Below, in pieces: positions 53,412 through 64,000 of a DNA stretch of 64,000 bases (its first letter is position 1; each line of letters starts with the position of its first letter). Source of the DNA: an uncultured Desulfobacter sp. (GTDB taxonomy: Bacteria > Desulfobacterota > Desulfobacteria > Desulfobacterales > Desulfobacteraceae); assembly GCA_963665095.1 (NCBI GenBank), contig OY762069.1:3648001-3712000 (forward strand). The letters are read 5' to 3'. A program made the position numbers and the translations under genes. Under the pieces are notes generated by a model. The model was not told where the DNA came from. It saw only the letters and a program-made list of their open reading frames with translations, and made no database searches.

Positions 53412-54368
53412 CTATTTTGATATTTTAGCAAGCGCGGCTTCAAACGCAGGTGCCGCTTTTTTGCCGTCAACGGTGGTCACGCCTGTCAGCCACCGGCGGT
53501 ACGTATCAGGATGCTGTTTCAGCCATGCCAGACCAGCCTCTTTGGGGCTTGTCCCGTTCTGAGTGTGGATGGTGGTCATGATCTGGTTGACCATGGAAAT
53601 GGGAAACGTGAAATTCTTCAGGAATGCCGCCACATTGGGCAGATCCTTTTCAAATCCTTTGCGGGTATTGGTCCAGACCGTTGCTGTGCCGTCGTTTCCT
53701 CCAAAGGTTTTATCTGTGCTGCCGGTCAGATAGGACATATCAATGCGTTCGTTCATACTGTGGGGAGCCCATCCGAGAAAAACAATGGGTTTCTTCTGCT
53801 GCACAAAAGACTGAACCTGGGCCAGCATTGCCATTTCGCTGGAGGCCACAAGGCTGAATTTTCCCAGGCCGAACAGATTTTTGTCGATCATGTCCTGGAT
53901 AATCATATTGCCGTCGTTTCCGGCTTCAATCCCGTAAATTTTCCATTCCAGCGCATCCCCGAATTTGACAATATCGCTGAAATCTTTAAGGCCCTCCTTG
54001 ATGCAGTAACTTGGTACAGCCAGGGTATATTTGGCACCGATCATATTCGGTATGTATTTGATGACAGTGCCGTTGTCAAAATGTTTACCTGCAATATTGG
54101 CCATGGAGGGCATCCAGTTGCCCAGGAAAAAATCGGCATCTCCTTTGGACAGGGCCATGTAAGTAATGGGAACGGACATGGTCAGATTCTTGGCCTCATA
54201 TCCCAGGCTGTTGAGAATGGCCACGGCGATTTCAGTTTTTATGGTAACACCGGTCCAGCCGACACTGGCGATATTTATTTTTACAGGTTTACCGGCAATG
54301 GCCGTTCCCCAGGCAAGGATGACGGACAGCGTGATAATGATGAGCATTCGATTGATTCGGTGGAACAT
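53412..54368 (-). CDS. Choline/glycine-betaine ABC substrate-binding protein (OpuAC/ChoX-like)
   Basis: Signal peptide, VGWT, LGNWMP, YGIEAG, FLGWAPHSMN. Confidence 0.9.
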   Translation of the reverse strand: MFHRINRMLIIITLSVILAWGTAIAGKPVKINIASVGWTGVTIKTEIAVAILNSLGYEAKNLTMSVPITYMALSKGDADFFLGNWMPSMANIAGKHFDNGTVIKYIPNMIGAKYTLAVPSYCIKEGLKDFSDIVKFGDALEWKIYGIEAGNDGNMIIQDMIDKNLFGLGKFSLVASSEMAMLAQVQSFVQQKKPIVFLGWAPHSMNERIDMSYLTGSTDKTFGGNDGTATVWTNTRKGFEKDLPNVAAFLKNFTFPISMVNQIMTTIHTQNGTSPKEAGLAWLKQHPDTYRRWLTGVTTVDGKKAAPAFEAALAKISK

Positions 54369-54535
54369 GGTATCTCCTTTACTTTTGTTTTTATGAAAGT
54401 TTTTGGGCAACCAGGTGCCCCGCTTTCATATTCTGCTGCAGCCCTGCCAGGACAAGAACAGGCCCGGCAAGCGTCGCAGCTGTTATATTAAAACGACTGC
54501 ACCAGCGTATTCGACGGTACAGCCGCGGGTGAACA

Positions 54536-56200
54536 TCAGGCTGTAACAGCGCCGGTTTTGTGGCGGTGGTACTGGATATGCTGCGGTGGCAGGGGCGTAT
54601 TGCCCAAAATCAGATCTGCGGCTTTTTCGGCAATCATCATCACAGGCGAGTAAATATTGCCGTTGGTGATATAGGGCATCACCGAGGCGTCTACCGCATA
54701 AAGGCCTTCAAGACCGTGGACCGCCATAGTGTCCGGGGAGACCACCGACATGTCGTCGGTGCCCATTTTACAGGTGCATGAGGGATGCAGGGCTGTTTCG
54801 CCGTCAGCCGCCACCCAGTCCAGAATCTCCTGGTCGGTCTCCACGCCGGGCCCGGGCGAAAGTTCGCCGGAATTAAACGCCTCAAATGCCGGCTGGTTCA
54901 TAATCCTGCGGGCGGACCTTACCGCTTCCACCCATTCCCTGCGGTCCTGATCAGTGGAAAGGTAATTAAACCTTAAAGCCGGATGCTGGAACGGATTCTG
55001 GGATTTGATGCTGACTTCCCCACGGGAATTGGAGTACATGGGACCGATATGAACCTGGTACCCATGGTCTGTATTGGGCGATGATCCGTCGTACCGGATG
55101 GCCACCGGCAGAAAGTGAAACTGAACATTGGGGTAGGCAACCTCATCATTGCTCCGGACAAACCCTCCTGCCTCAAAGTGGTTGGTGGCTGCCGCCCCCT
55201 TTTTATGAAACAGCCACTGGTAACCGATCCAGGGCTTGTTATACCACTTCAGGGCAGGCGCCATGGAGACCGGTTGTTTGCACCCGTACTGAACATAGAC
55301 TTCCAGATGATCCTGCATATTCCGACCGACTCCGGGCAGATCCTGAACCACGGGGATTCCCAGCCTGTTCAGCAGGTCAGGGGCCCCGACACCAGACAAC
55401 TGGAGCAGCTGGGGAGTATTTATCGCCCCGCCGCAGCAGATAATATGGCGGCCATGGGCGGTGCGGGTCCTGTTTTTCCCAAGGGAATAGGTCACGCCCG
55501 TGGCCCGGCTGCCGTCAAAAAGAATCCGGGTGGCCAGAGCATGCATCATCAGTTTGAGATTTTTCCGGTGCTTGACCGGATGGTAATATGCCCGGGCTGC
55601 ACTCCACCGTTTTCCCTGTCTGACGTTGCGGTCAAAGGGGGCAAAGCCTTCCTGGGAATATCCGTTCACATCCTTTGTCAGCGGGTATCCTGCCTCCTGA
55701 ACCGCTTTAAAAAACGCCTGGAACAACGGGTTGGTGCAGGGCCCGATCTCCAGATTCAAAGGACCGTCTTTGCCATGAAAGGGATCTGCCGGCGCAATGC
55801 GGTTTTCAAGCCGTTTAAAATAGGGCAGACAATGGGCATAATCCCAGGCCTCCATGCCCTTGTCCCCGGCCCATTTTTCATAATCCAGGGGATTGCCGCG
55901 AATATAGATCATGCCGTTGATACTGCTTGAGCCGCCCAAAACCTTCCCCCTGCCATGAAAAATCCGCCGGTTGTTCATAAACGGTTCGGGTTCTGACTCA
56001 TAGCACCAGTCATACCAGCGGTTTCCCAGGGGCACGGTGAGACCTGCCGGCATATGGATAAACAGATCCCAGATATAATCGGGACGACCGGCATCCAGCA
56101 CCAGTACCTGATTTTTTCTGTCAGCGCTCAGCCTGTTGGCCAGCGCACAGCCGGCTGAGCCGCCCCCGATAATAATATAGTCATACTGCATTTGACTCAT
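54536..56200 (-). CDS. betA: Choline dehydrogenase
   Basis: [47 protein letters not shown]. Confidence 0.94.
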   Translation of the reverse strand: MSQMQYDYIIIGGGSAGCALANRLSADRKNQVLVLDAGRPDYIWDLFIHMPAGLTVPLGNRWYDWCYESEPEPFMNNRRIFHGRGKVLGGSSSINGMIYIRGNPLDYEKWAGDKGMEAWDYAHCLPYFKRLENRIAPADPFHGKDGPLNLEIGPCTNPLFQAFFKAVQEAGYPLTKDVNGYSQEGFAPFDRNVRQGKRWSAARAYYHPVKHRKNLKLMMHALATRILFDGSRATGVTYSLGKNRTRTAHGRHIICCGGAINTPQLLQLSGVGAPDLLNRLGIPVVQDLPGVGRNMQDHLEVYVQYGCKQPVSMAPALKWYNKPWIGYQWLFHKKGAAATNHFEAGGFVRSNDEVAYPNVQFHFLPVAIRYDGSSPNTDHGYQVHIGPMYSNSRGEVSIKSQNPFQHPALRFNYLSTDQDRREWVEAVRSARRIMNQPAFEAFNSGELSPGPGVETDQEILDWVAADGETALHPSCTCKMGTDDMSVVSPDTMAVHGLEGLYAVDASVMPYITNGNIYSPVMMIAEKAADLILGNTPLPPQHIQYHRHKTGAVTA

Positions 56201-56215
56201 AAAGACTTATACTCC

Positions 56216-57010
56216 TTAATCTTGCTTTAAATTACTTAAACCGTCACAGGCGTCCGGGCCTGACGTACCGTGTTGAAATGCCGCTGCCCCAAACTGTTCT
56301 TTCAGGCATTGTTCGAGCAGAACATACCAGTGACCGTAAAGCCGCATGGCTTTTTGAAAATTCCGCGTTTTAAGGGCATCCGCCGTGCTCTTCCAGTTCA
56401 AAGCGATTTCCATCCGTACATCCGGGGTCTTGTAAACCACAAATTCGTAGGACCGGAAGGCCAGCTGCACCGACCGCATCATCCATTCAAAAAAAGGATT
56501 ATCCGTCATCTCCACCATAAGCAGGTTCAGGCTTTTATCCGTGGCGGAGATCTGTTCATAATCCGGTTCCGGACTACTGCAAAGACGGACCAGGTCATCG
56601 GCCAGCCTGGCAAGCCGCTCAATGTGATGAAAAGAGGCATTGGTGACAGCGGCACATAGAACCGCCTGGTCCATGGCATATTGGAATTCCAGCAGTTTGC
56701 CCAAAGGAATTTCCTGATGCTTGATCATCACGGCCAAAAGGTCGATTGTCTCGTTAATATCGCGCTCCTTGACATAATAGCCGCCTTTAGCCCCCTTTCT
56801 GGCATCCAGCAGGCCCTTTTGCCTGAGCGTGCGCAGGGCTTCCCGAACCGATCCCCGGCTTGTCTGAAAGGCTTCCTGAAGCTCCCGCTCGCTGGGAAGC
56901 CTGTCTCCGGGTTTGAAAACTTTATCCAGAATGGCCGCCTCAATCTGCACCCCAATGGCCTCGGCTTTGTTGGTCCCGATGACCGGATGAAATCGGTGTA
57001 AGCTATCCAT
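56216..57010 (-). CDS. GntR/FadR-family regulator
   Basis: PGDRLPSERELQEAFQTSRGSVREAL. Confidence 0.9.
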   Translation of the reverse strand: MDSLHRFHPVIGTNKAEAIGVQIEAAILDKVFKPGDRLPSERELQEAFQTSRGSVREALRTLRQKGLLDARKGAKGGYYVKERDINETIDLLAVMIKHQEIPLGKLLEFQYAMDQAVLCAAVTNASFHHIERLARLADDLVRLCSSPEPDYEQISATDKSLNLLMVEMTDNPFFEWMMRSVQLAFRSYEFVVYKTPDVRMEIALNWKSTADALKTRNFQKAMRLYGHWYVLLEQCLKEQFGAAAFQHGTSGPDACDGLSNLKQD

Positions 57011-57428
57011 AAATGTCCTACCTTTGACTAATCGAAAAATTCATTATTCGCATTGAAATAGGATATATCTCAATTTATTGTATTAAAAATAGAATTATAT
57101 ACAAAATAATTCATTCATAACCGTCCATACCACACAAACAATACGCACAATCGTTTAGTTTGGTTCGACCTTAAGAAAAGTATAGAGACAGCTACACGAA
57201 GTCAAGACTTTTTTAAAATCGTTTTTGACGAAAATTCACCGAAATGTGGGGTGTGATCAGAAATATATAATTATCAGAAAGCCCTATAAATTCAGATATG
57301 GGCCAGACCAAGGCCGTGCCAACCCAAACGGTGACAGGCGTGAAAACAGCATCGAGACGGGAGAAAGGGACAATTGGGAAACATATTCGTTTTATAGCGG
57401 CTGTAGCGATTCGGAAAAAAGCATGTCA

Positions 57429-57872
57429 CTATATCTCTTCCCAGATAACTTTATCCCCAACGGTTTCAATAAGCTGATCCAAAATCCCCGCATCCTGCCT
57501 GTCCGCAGGGCGCCAGGAATTTAGAAGAACCCAGTCTCCCTCATTATCTAATTTCAGATCTTTTATCACGATCTCCGTGTATTTCAGCATGGATTCACCC
57601 TTGTGCGGCCAGACCTCAAAAGCACGCAAATCAGATATTTCCAAACCAAATTCAGTACAAATCCTGGGGAGAATATACTCAATACAATTGGTGGCCGGCT
57701 CGCCGGCATCATCCCCCTGGTCAATTAAAAGCACCCAGAACTTTCGGGCAGTTGCCTCCCGGGCAATAATCAAGTGGCAAAAGGAGTCAATAAGTTTTGG
57801 ATCGTTCTGCTCTTTTTCTGTACCAGACCCTTTCCAACTGTAAATAGCTGAATATATCACCTTAAAATACAT
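57429..57872 (-). CDS. Hypothetical protein
   Basis: 147-aa ORF co-oriented between betB and the regulator; no recognised motif. Confidence 0.55.
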   Translation of the reverse strand: MYFKVIYSAIYSWKGSGTEKEQNDPKLIDSFCHLIIAREATARKFWVLLIDQGDDAGEPATNCIEYILPRICTEFGLEISDLRAFEVWPHKGESMLKYTEIVIKDLKLDNEGDWVLLNSWRPADRQDAGILDQLIETVGDKVIWEEI

Positions 57873-58008
57873 GAGCGACTCTATATACCCCGCGGATGTT
57901 TCATGGCTGACCCTGCCAATTATATGTTTTTATGTACACCAGAACCTGATCGCCCGTCCGGGAAACACCCAAACGTCCCTCCCATAAAACGGACGGACAC
58001 AGGTTCAG

Positions 58009-59475
58009 CTAAAAGGGAGATTCCAGGGGCATCATACCCATATATACGGATTTAACCTGGGTATAGTGGCGGATGGTTTCCACACCATTTTCTCTGCCGA
58101 TGCCGGAATTTTTATATCCCCCCACCGGCATCTGGGCAGGGGAGTTGCCATAGGCATTGATCCAGCAGATCCCGGCACTGATCTGATGAATAACCCTGTG
58201 GGCCCGCTGTATATCCCGGGTAAATACGCCTGCAGCCAGGCCGTAGGAGGTGGCATTGGCACGCCGGATCACCTCATCTTCACCGGTAAACCCTAAAACC
58301 GCCATGACCGGGCCAAACACCTCCTCTTTGACAAGGGCCATCTCATCGGTGCAGTCGGTAAACACGGTTGGCGGAACAAAGTACCCGTTGCCATTGGCCT
58401 CCGGTAGCGGCGGCAAAGACTCCCCGCAGAGCCGGGTGGCACCCTGGGCCATTGCCGAGTCGATATAAGAGACCACCTTGGCCCGGTGCTCGGAGGAGAT
58501 CAACGCCCCGAAATTGGTGTCCGGATCCATGGGATCCCCCATTTTAATATTATTTAAAACCCGGGTCAAAAGCCGGTCCAGGAAGTCGGACTTAACAGCC
58601 TCATGGACAAAAACCCGGGTGCCGTTGGTGCAAATCTCGCCCTGGGTGTAAAAATTACCCAGCATGGCAGCACTTACCGCCTGGTCCAGATCTGCATCCT
58701 CAAAAATAATCAGGGGGGATTTCCCTCCCAGCTCCATGGTCACATCCTTAAGTGTTGTAGCAGCCCCTGCCATGACTTTCTTACCAGTGCCCACTTCACC
58801 GGTAAAGGAGACCTTTTCAATACCCGGATGCCTGGTAAGCCACTGCCCTACCTGGGCTGCCCCCTGCACCACATTGAACACCCCGTCCGGAACACCGGCT
58901 TCGGTAAATATCCGGGCCAGTTCAAGAGCCCCCCGGGGCGTCTCCTCGGATGGTTTAAAAATCATACTGTTGCCGCAGGCAAGGGCTGGTGCGGACTTCC
59001 AGCAGGCGATCTGCAACGGGTAATTCCAGGCGCCGATCCCGGCACAAACCCCCAAAGGCTCCCTGCGGGTATAGTAAAAATCCCCGCCCAAATCCTGCTG
59101 ACTCCCCTGGATCGCCGGGGCAAGTCCGGCATAAAATTCAATGACATCCGCTCCAGTAACCACATCCACAGCAGCTGCCTCCTGGATCGGTTTTCCAGTA
59201 TCCAAAACCTCTATGCGGGCCAGTTCATTATTGCGTTCCCGCAGCAGGGCCACCGCCCTTAACAGGATTCGGCCCCTTTTTACGGCATCCATGGCCGACC
59301 AGATTTTATATCCCTTTTCAGCGCTTTCAACAGCAGCCTCAAGGATAGTGTCATCTGCTATCTCCACGGAATAGATCTCCTCGCCTGTGGCCGGATTCAT
59401 CACGGGAAAGGTCTTTCCGGTTGTGTTGTCAGTCAGCCGGCCATCGATATAATTCTTACAGCAAAAATCTGTCAT
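58009..59475 (-). CDS. betB: Betaine aldehyde dehydrogenase
   Basis: [37 protein letters not shown]; next to betA. Confidence 0.93.
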   Translation of the reverse strand: MTDFCCKNYIDGRLTDNTTGKTFPVMNPATGEEIYSVEIADDTILEAAVESAEKGYKIWSAMDAVKRGRILLRAVALLRERNNELARIEVLDTGKPIQEAAAVDVVTGADVIEFYAGLAPAIQGSQQDLGGDFYYTRREPLGVCAGIGAWNYPLQIACWKSAPALACGNSMIFKPSEETPRGALELARIFTEAGVPDGVFNVVQGAAQVGQWLTRHPGIEKVSFTGEVGTGKKVMAGAATTLKDVTMELGGKSPLIIFEDADLDQAVSAAMLGNFYTQGEICTNGTRVFVHEAVKSDFLDRLLTRVLNNIKMGDPMDPDTNFGALISSEHRAKVVSYIDSAMAQGATRLCGESLPPLPEANGNGYFVPPTVFTDCTDEMALVKEEVFGPVMAVLGFTGEDEVIRRANATSYGLAAGVFTRDIQRAHRVIHQISAGICWINAYGNSPAQMPVGGYKNSGIGRENGVETIRHYTQVKSVYMGMMPLESPF

Positions 59476-59637
59476 ATGTTTCCTGCTCCTTTGGTTACTG
59501 ATTCGGTCAGGACCATACTAGGAAGCGACCTGGATGTCAAAAACCACCAGACCTGCCACTTGCCGGCTATCATCTCAGACAGAAACTGAGGGAAACCGGC
59601 TGCGGCCAGAAAGGGCGTTGAGCCCGGGGGGAATAAA

Positions 59638-61107
59638 TTAAAGCGTTATATATTTTTTGACAGTCCGCCGGTCCAGATTAGCAACACGGGATACGGCTTC
59701 ATAGCTGCCGTGCTTTTCATAAAGCCGGGTGCAGTAACGACTGAGCAGGACCTGGGCATTCATGGATCCATCTGCAATCTGCCGGTCAAAGGCATCATCT
59801 GCCGGAAGGGTTTTAAGAATCTCATCCGATTCATAGGAATTCCGGAGCACTACACGCCGCACACACTGTTCCAGTTCCCGGACATTGCCCGGCCAGGGGT
59901 ATTCCAGAGACAGGTGATTTTTAATGTAGTGAAGCACGTGTTCAGCAATTTCAGGTGAAGGGCGCCCCACAATGCGGTTTACCGTATGGGCCAGCAGATC
60001 GGAAAGCTCCTTGGGATCCTGGGCGATGCGCTGCCGCAAAGGGGGGACTGTAATCACATCGGAGCAGAGCCGGTAGTAGAAGTCATCCCTGAAAATCTGC
60101 CGTTCACGGATCTCCCGGATGCTGCGGTTCGTGGCGGCAATGATCCGGCCATGAAACCGATGTTTTTCATTGCTTCCCACAGGGGTATACACCCTTTCCT
60201 GCAGCACATTGAGCAGTTTAATCTGAACATGGGTGGAGAGTTCGCCGATTTCATCAAGAAGGATCGACCCATGGGGACTGCAGCGGTGAAACACCCCTTT
60301 GTGGTCCTTCACCGCCCCGGTAAACGCCCCACGGACATGGCCGAACAGCTCTGATTCAATGATGGTTTCAGGAAACTGGCTGATATTGAGCGTGTTAAAG
60401 GTGTTTATAAAATTGTGGGTAAAGACGTTTTCCTTTTCATTGTAGGGGATATAGCCGGAGCGACCAATGGCAAGGGCAGCTGTACCTTTGCCTGAGCCGG
60501 TCTCACCGAACAGCAGGGTGGTAAAATCCTCCATGCGGTCCCATAAATACTTTTCATACATCAGGATGTTATGGGTAAACACGTTCTGCCACAGGGCTTT
60601 ACGCAACTGCTGGATGCAGTCGCTTCGGCCCACCAGGTGTCGGAAAATAAAATAATAAGCCCGCCGGAACTGAAAGGCCAGGGCCACAAACCGCTGGCTC
60701 TCCTCGACAGTAAACCCCCAGCCTCTCAGCCGTTCCAGGGCCGGGGGGGCAAAATCAACCGTGATGGTCTCTGTGGGGGTACTCAACTGACGGGTGATCA
60801 GGGTATCAATATCTTTTCGGAAGGCATGGAAATAGTCAAACAAAAGGGCGGACCGCAAAAAATAACCATCCTCACCCTCAATGTGCTGAATGTTAATTCT
60901 GCCACGTTTTTCCAATTGTTCCAGGCGCTTTTTAACAATCTGACAAGTTTTACTGACCCTGACATCCCGCTTGATGTCCGGCCGGACACCGGCAATTTCA
61001 GCCTCAAGGCGCACCCGCTCCTCCCCAAACGGATTGGCAGCACCGGCCTCATGCACGCATCTAAAAAAGCCCCGCTCTTCAGGCAGAAGCGATGTAATCT
61101 CTTTCAT
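59638..61107 (-). CDS. Sigma-54-dependent activator with unrecognised N-terminal domain
   Basis: GETGSGKG, ELFGHVRGAFTGA, LDEIG, WPGNVREL. Confidence 0.9.
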   Translation of the reverse strand: MKEITSLLPEERGFFRCVHEAGAANPFGEERVRLEAEIAGVRPDIKRDVRVSKTCQIVKKRLEQLEKRGRINIQHIEGEDGYFLRSALLFDYFHAFRKDIDTLITRQLSTPTETITVDFAPPALERLRGWGFTVEESQRFVALAFQFRRAYYFIFRHLVGRSDCIQQLRKALWQNVFTHNILMYEKYLWDRMEDFTTLLFGETGSGKGTAALAIGRSGYIPYNEKENVFTHNFINTFNTLNISQFPETIIESELFGHVRGAFTGAVKDHKGVFHRCSPHGSILLDEIGELSTHVQIKLLNVLQERVYTPVGSNEKHRFHGRIIAATNRSIREIRERQIFRDDFYYRLCSDVITVPPLRQRIAQDPKELSDLLAHTVNRIVGRPSPEIAEHVLHYIKNHLSLEYPWPGNVRELEQCVRRVVLRNSYESDEILKTLPADDAFDRQIADGSMNAQVLLSRYCTRLYEKHGSYEAVSRVANLDRRTVKKYITL

Positions 61108-61355
61108 GAATATTCTCACAAAGGTTTATGTTGTTTGTGACGGCACCCCCCTTTCTATTCACCGCCCACAAGATACCTTTCTTGTATATCATGAATACAA
61201 ATTATGCACACACTCTGTTTAATTTTCGGGCAAAATAATGAAACGGAATTTACTCGGGCTTGATGCCCATTCCCAATTGGACATTGGTGCAATTCCGGTT
61301 ATGATACAGTCCTTACGCTGGAATACTAAAGATACCCCCAAAAATCCAATAACCG

Positions 61356-62096
61356 TCAGCCCAGTTTAGCGTCTATTTCCTGAACCATGACATGGCGCAC
61401 TTTTTCCATAAGCACAGTGATATTATCTTTTGTATACCCTTCCACGCGGATGGGGGGATGAATTTTCATCTCCACTTTGCCCGGAAACAGATCCAGGGTT
61501 TTGCAGGGAAGCACATCTCTGGTTCCACTCAAGGTCACCGGCAGAATAGGCAAATTCAAATCCAAGGCCATCTTGAACCCGCCCTTTTTAAACGGCATGA
61601 TCCGGCCATCCATGCTGCGGGTCCCTTCGGGGAAAAAAATCACCGAGGTGCCGTTGACGATTTTTTTCTTGGCAGCGTTAATGGAAGCAAGGGCTGCCTC
61701 ATGGTTGCTGCGGTCTATGAAAATATGGCCCACTTTTTCACAGCCTATGCCGATCCCAGGCACTTTTCTGAGTTCCTGTTTCATCACCCATTTAAAATCA
61801 ATGTTTAAAAATCCGTACAAAACAAAGATGTCAAAGGCACTTTGATGATTGGCAATGACCACATAGGACTGGTTTTTAACAATGTGCCTTCGTCCTGTAA
61901 CCTTTACATAGATGGGTACCAGCCAGGCATGGATTCGCGACCAGATAACCCCGCCGAAAAAACTTGCCACCCGGTCATTAAATACAAAGGCCGTTACCAC
62001 AGCCAACGCACCGAAAAACAAGGTGGAAATAAAGAAAAAGGGAATATAAAAGATCCACTTATAAGGTTGGTAAAGCAAGTATAAAAATTTTTTCAT
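61356..62096 (-). CDS. plsC: 1-acyl-sn-glycerol-3-phosphate acyltransferase
   Basis: NHQSAFD, FIDR, FPEGTRS. Confidence 0.9.
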   Translation of the reverse strand: MKKFLYLLYQPYKWIFYIPFFFISTLFFGALAVVTAFVFNDRVASFFGGVIWSRIHAWLVPIYVKVTGRRHIVKNQSYVVIANHQSAFDIFVLYGFLNIDFKWVMKQELRKVPGIGIGCEKVGHIFIDRSNHEAALASINAAKKKIVNGTSVIFFPEGTRSMDGRIMPFKKGGFKMALDLNLPILPVTLSGTRDVLPCKTLDLFPGKVEMKIHPPIRVEGYTKDNITVLMEKVRHVMVQEIDAKLG

Positions 62097-62459
62097 ACAT
62101 CACCTTTTTTCCAGGGGCAGCAAAGAGGTCAGCATATATCTTTCCGGCACAAAACACAGTTAATAATGGTTAAAATATTGCAATATAGGATGTCAATACT
62201 CTTTGCATTATTTGGGGCTTCTCGACCGATTCAAACCAATACCCGCATTTTCCACCGCAGGCAGTTCAACCGCCGGCTCAAACGGCCTGTGGCTGCGATG
62301 GGCAATCAGGTGTCCAGTCAAGGTCCTTTTCAAAAACAGGCACGTATGCGGGATCTAATGATCTTTTATCTTTTCCGAAGGATTCCTTTCTGCTAATTAA
62401 TTTTGATTACATACGCTGTGACGAAAAGACGACAACAATACAGTTTCAGGAGATCTTTT

Positions 62460-63755
62460 ATGAGAAATTCTCGCATCTGTTTTTCTATTATATCAAGCTT
62501 TATATACGTCCTGCTGGTTTGCCTTTGTTTTATTATGACTGGATGCTCCCTGATGGAAATTCATAAACAGACCACCCTGGTGGAAAAGGTTGGAACAATC
62601 AAGGGACGCATTATCAACCAGGGCGGTCAGAAAGGACCGGTCATTGTCTTGAGGTTTATTGATCAGCAGGGGGTTCCGGTGCTCATGCAAAGCGTTATTG
62701 CCAATGAAAAAGGAGAGTATGAACTGATTGCTGCTCCGGGCCGGCATTACATTGCCGCGTTTATAGATGCCAACAACGACAGAAAATTCCAGAGCCGGGA
62801 ACATGGCAATTTCTATGGGAATCAACCAAGTTTGATACAGGTTGACGCCCAGAAAGTGACAGCCCTTGAGCCCGTTGTCATCACAGGTTGTTTTCCGAAA
62901 ATTTCAGCAGATTTCCGGCCCATTGATCACATGGTGGGGATGGTAAAAAATATTGGAAAGCTGGCGAGTTTAGACGACCCTGAATTTACCCCGGAAAATT
63001 ATGAAAAGGGATTCTGGAAACCGGTTGATTTCCTGAAAGACGGAGACGGGGGGGTATTTCTTCTCGAGCCCTATCACAAAGAAAAAATCCCGGTGTTGCT
63101 GATACATGGTGTCAACAACGGGCCGACGCTTTGGAAACCGGTGGTTGCGGCCATGGACAGGCAGGCGTTTCAGCCATGGGTTGCCTTTTATCCATCCGGC
63201 CTCCGGCTGGACATGATCAGTGATTTTCTTTCCCAGGCCATGGTCATCCTGCAAAACAAATACGGGTTTAAAAAATTTTATGTGGTTGCCCACAGCATGG
63301 GTGGTCTTGTGGCAAGGTCGTTTATTAAAAAATATATTGCCCAGGATTCAAACAATGTGAATCAAATCGGCCTGACCATCACCGTCAACAGTCCCATGGC
63401 AGGCATGGCATCTGCGTCCGCCGGGGTCAACCACTCTCCCATTGTGGTGCCATCCTGGCGGGATGTGGCTCCGGACAGTGCGTTCCTCCACGGCATCCAC
63501 AACTGGCAATGGCCGGCACAGGTACCTTACCATTTAGTCATATCACATCTGGAATCTGAAGGCTCTGACGGGGTTGTGCCGCTGGAAAGCCAGGCCCGGT
63601 GGAAACTGCAGACAGAAGCCGCCCGTATCTATCTTTTCACAGAGGAACATACCCACATCATCAGCAACAGCCGGTTTCATGATCTTTTGAACCACATTTT
63701 TGAACGGCCACGGGCCGACCTGACACATCATCTGCCAGGCTTCGACCCACAATGA
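62460..63755 (+). CDS. Alpha/beta-hydrolase (lipase-like) lipoprotein
   Basis: Lipobox IMTG-C, LIHG, AHSMGG, DGVVP, EHT. Confidence 0.85.
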   Translation: MRNSRICFSIISSFIYVLLVCLCFIMTGCSLMEIHKQTTLVEKVGTIKGRIINQGGQKGPVIVLRFIDQQGVPVLMQSVIANEKGEYELIAAPGRHYIAAFIDANNDRKFQSREHGNFYGNQPSLIQVDAQKVTALEPVVITGCFPKISADFRPIDHMVGMVKNIGKLASLDDPEFTPENYEKGFWKPVDFLKDGDGGVFLLEPYHKEKIPVLLIHGVNNGPTLWKPVVAAMDRQAFQPWVAFYPSGLRLDMISDFLSQAMVILQNKYGFKKFYVVAHSMGGLVARSFIKKYIAQDSNNVNQIGLTITVNSPMAGMASASAGVNHSPIVVPSWRDVAPDSAFLHGIHNWQWPAQVPYHLVISHLESEGSDGVVPLESQARWKLQTEAARIYLFTEEHTHIISNSRFHDLLNHIFERPRADLTHHLPGFDPQ

Positions 63756-64000
63756 AGTTGGGAAAGTATTTCAGTAACTTATTGAGACTTTGGTATAAAC
63801 ACCCCTGATCCTTATTTTTAGACCCGCTCCTCTCCGACATATCCTAGGCATTTCGATGCTTAGGATATGCATATTTTGTACATAATGAGTGCAAAATATG
63901 CATAAACCCCGATTTTAATCCGAATCGTCCTGATATCAAAACAGACCTTTTTCCAAAATAATTTCAAGGGACTGCACACATTCTTCTCCTCGATGGCACG

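Noticed and set aside
63838..63870. Hairpin ATATCCTAGGCAT-TTCG-ATGCTTAGGATAT
   Set aside because: Probably a terminator-like element near the window edge; too little context to call.

Overview
Bacterial chromosomal window. Gene content and style suggest a Desulfobacteraceae-like deltaproteobacterium, which is an inference. From left to right: (1) the 5' part of class II ribonucleotide reductase nrdJ with two NrdR boxes; (2) a zeta-toxin-family pseudogene split by a 3.1-kb TGT...ACA three-gene transposon (Zn-finger protein, DDE transposase, ExeA-like ATPase; 5-bp TSD); (3) a sigma-54 activator divergent from a -24/-12 promoter driving two class III aminotransferases (one lacks the catalytic Lys) and an amidohydrolase; (4) an accessory island at about 12.7-21.6 kb with IS1380, IS4, two attC-like sites but no integrase, and NDT/TIR-like, Fic, Ntn-hydrolase, SEC-C and RloC-like remnant genes; (5) hbd, thiolase, icmF and a TetR regulator; (6) TauE, GNAT, a sugar porter and glucokinase; (7) a TPR-CHAT lipoprotein gene split by an IS110/IS1111 element whose downstream non-coding region carries readable target and donor guide motifs; (8) a five-gene D-amino-acid operon (class IV aminotransferase, Alr, CapA-like, Glu racemase-like, divergent Ddl-like ligase); (9) signalling and efflux genes, aroC, a choline-to-betaine cluster, a second sigma-54 activator, plsC and a lipase-like lipoprotein. 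No rRNA, tRNA or CRISPR array was seen. All calls come from reading motifs by eye; no database searches were run.
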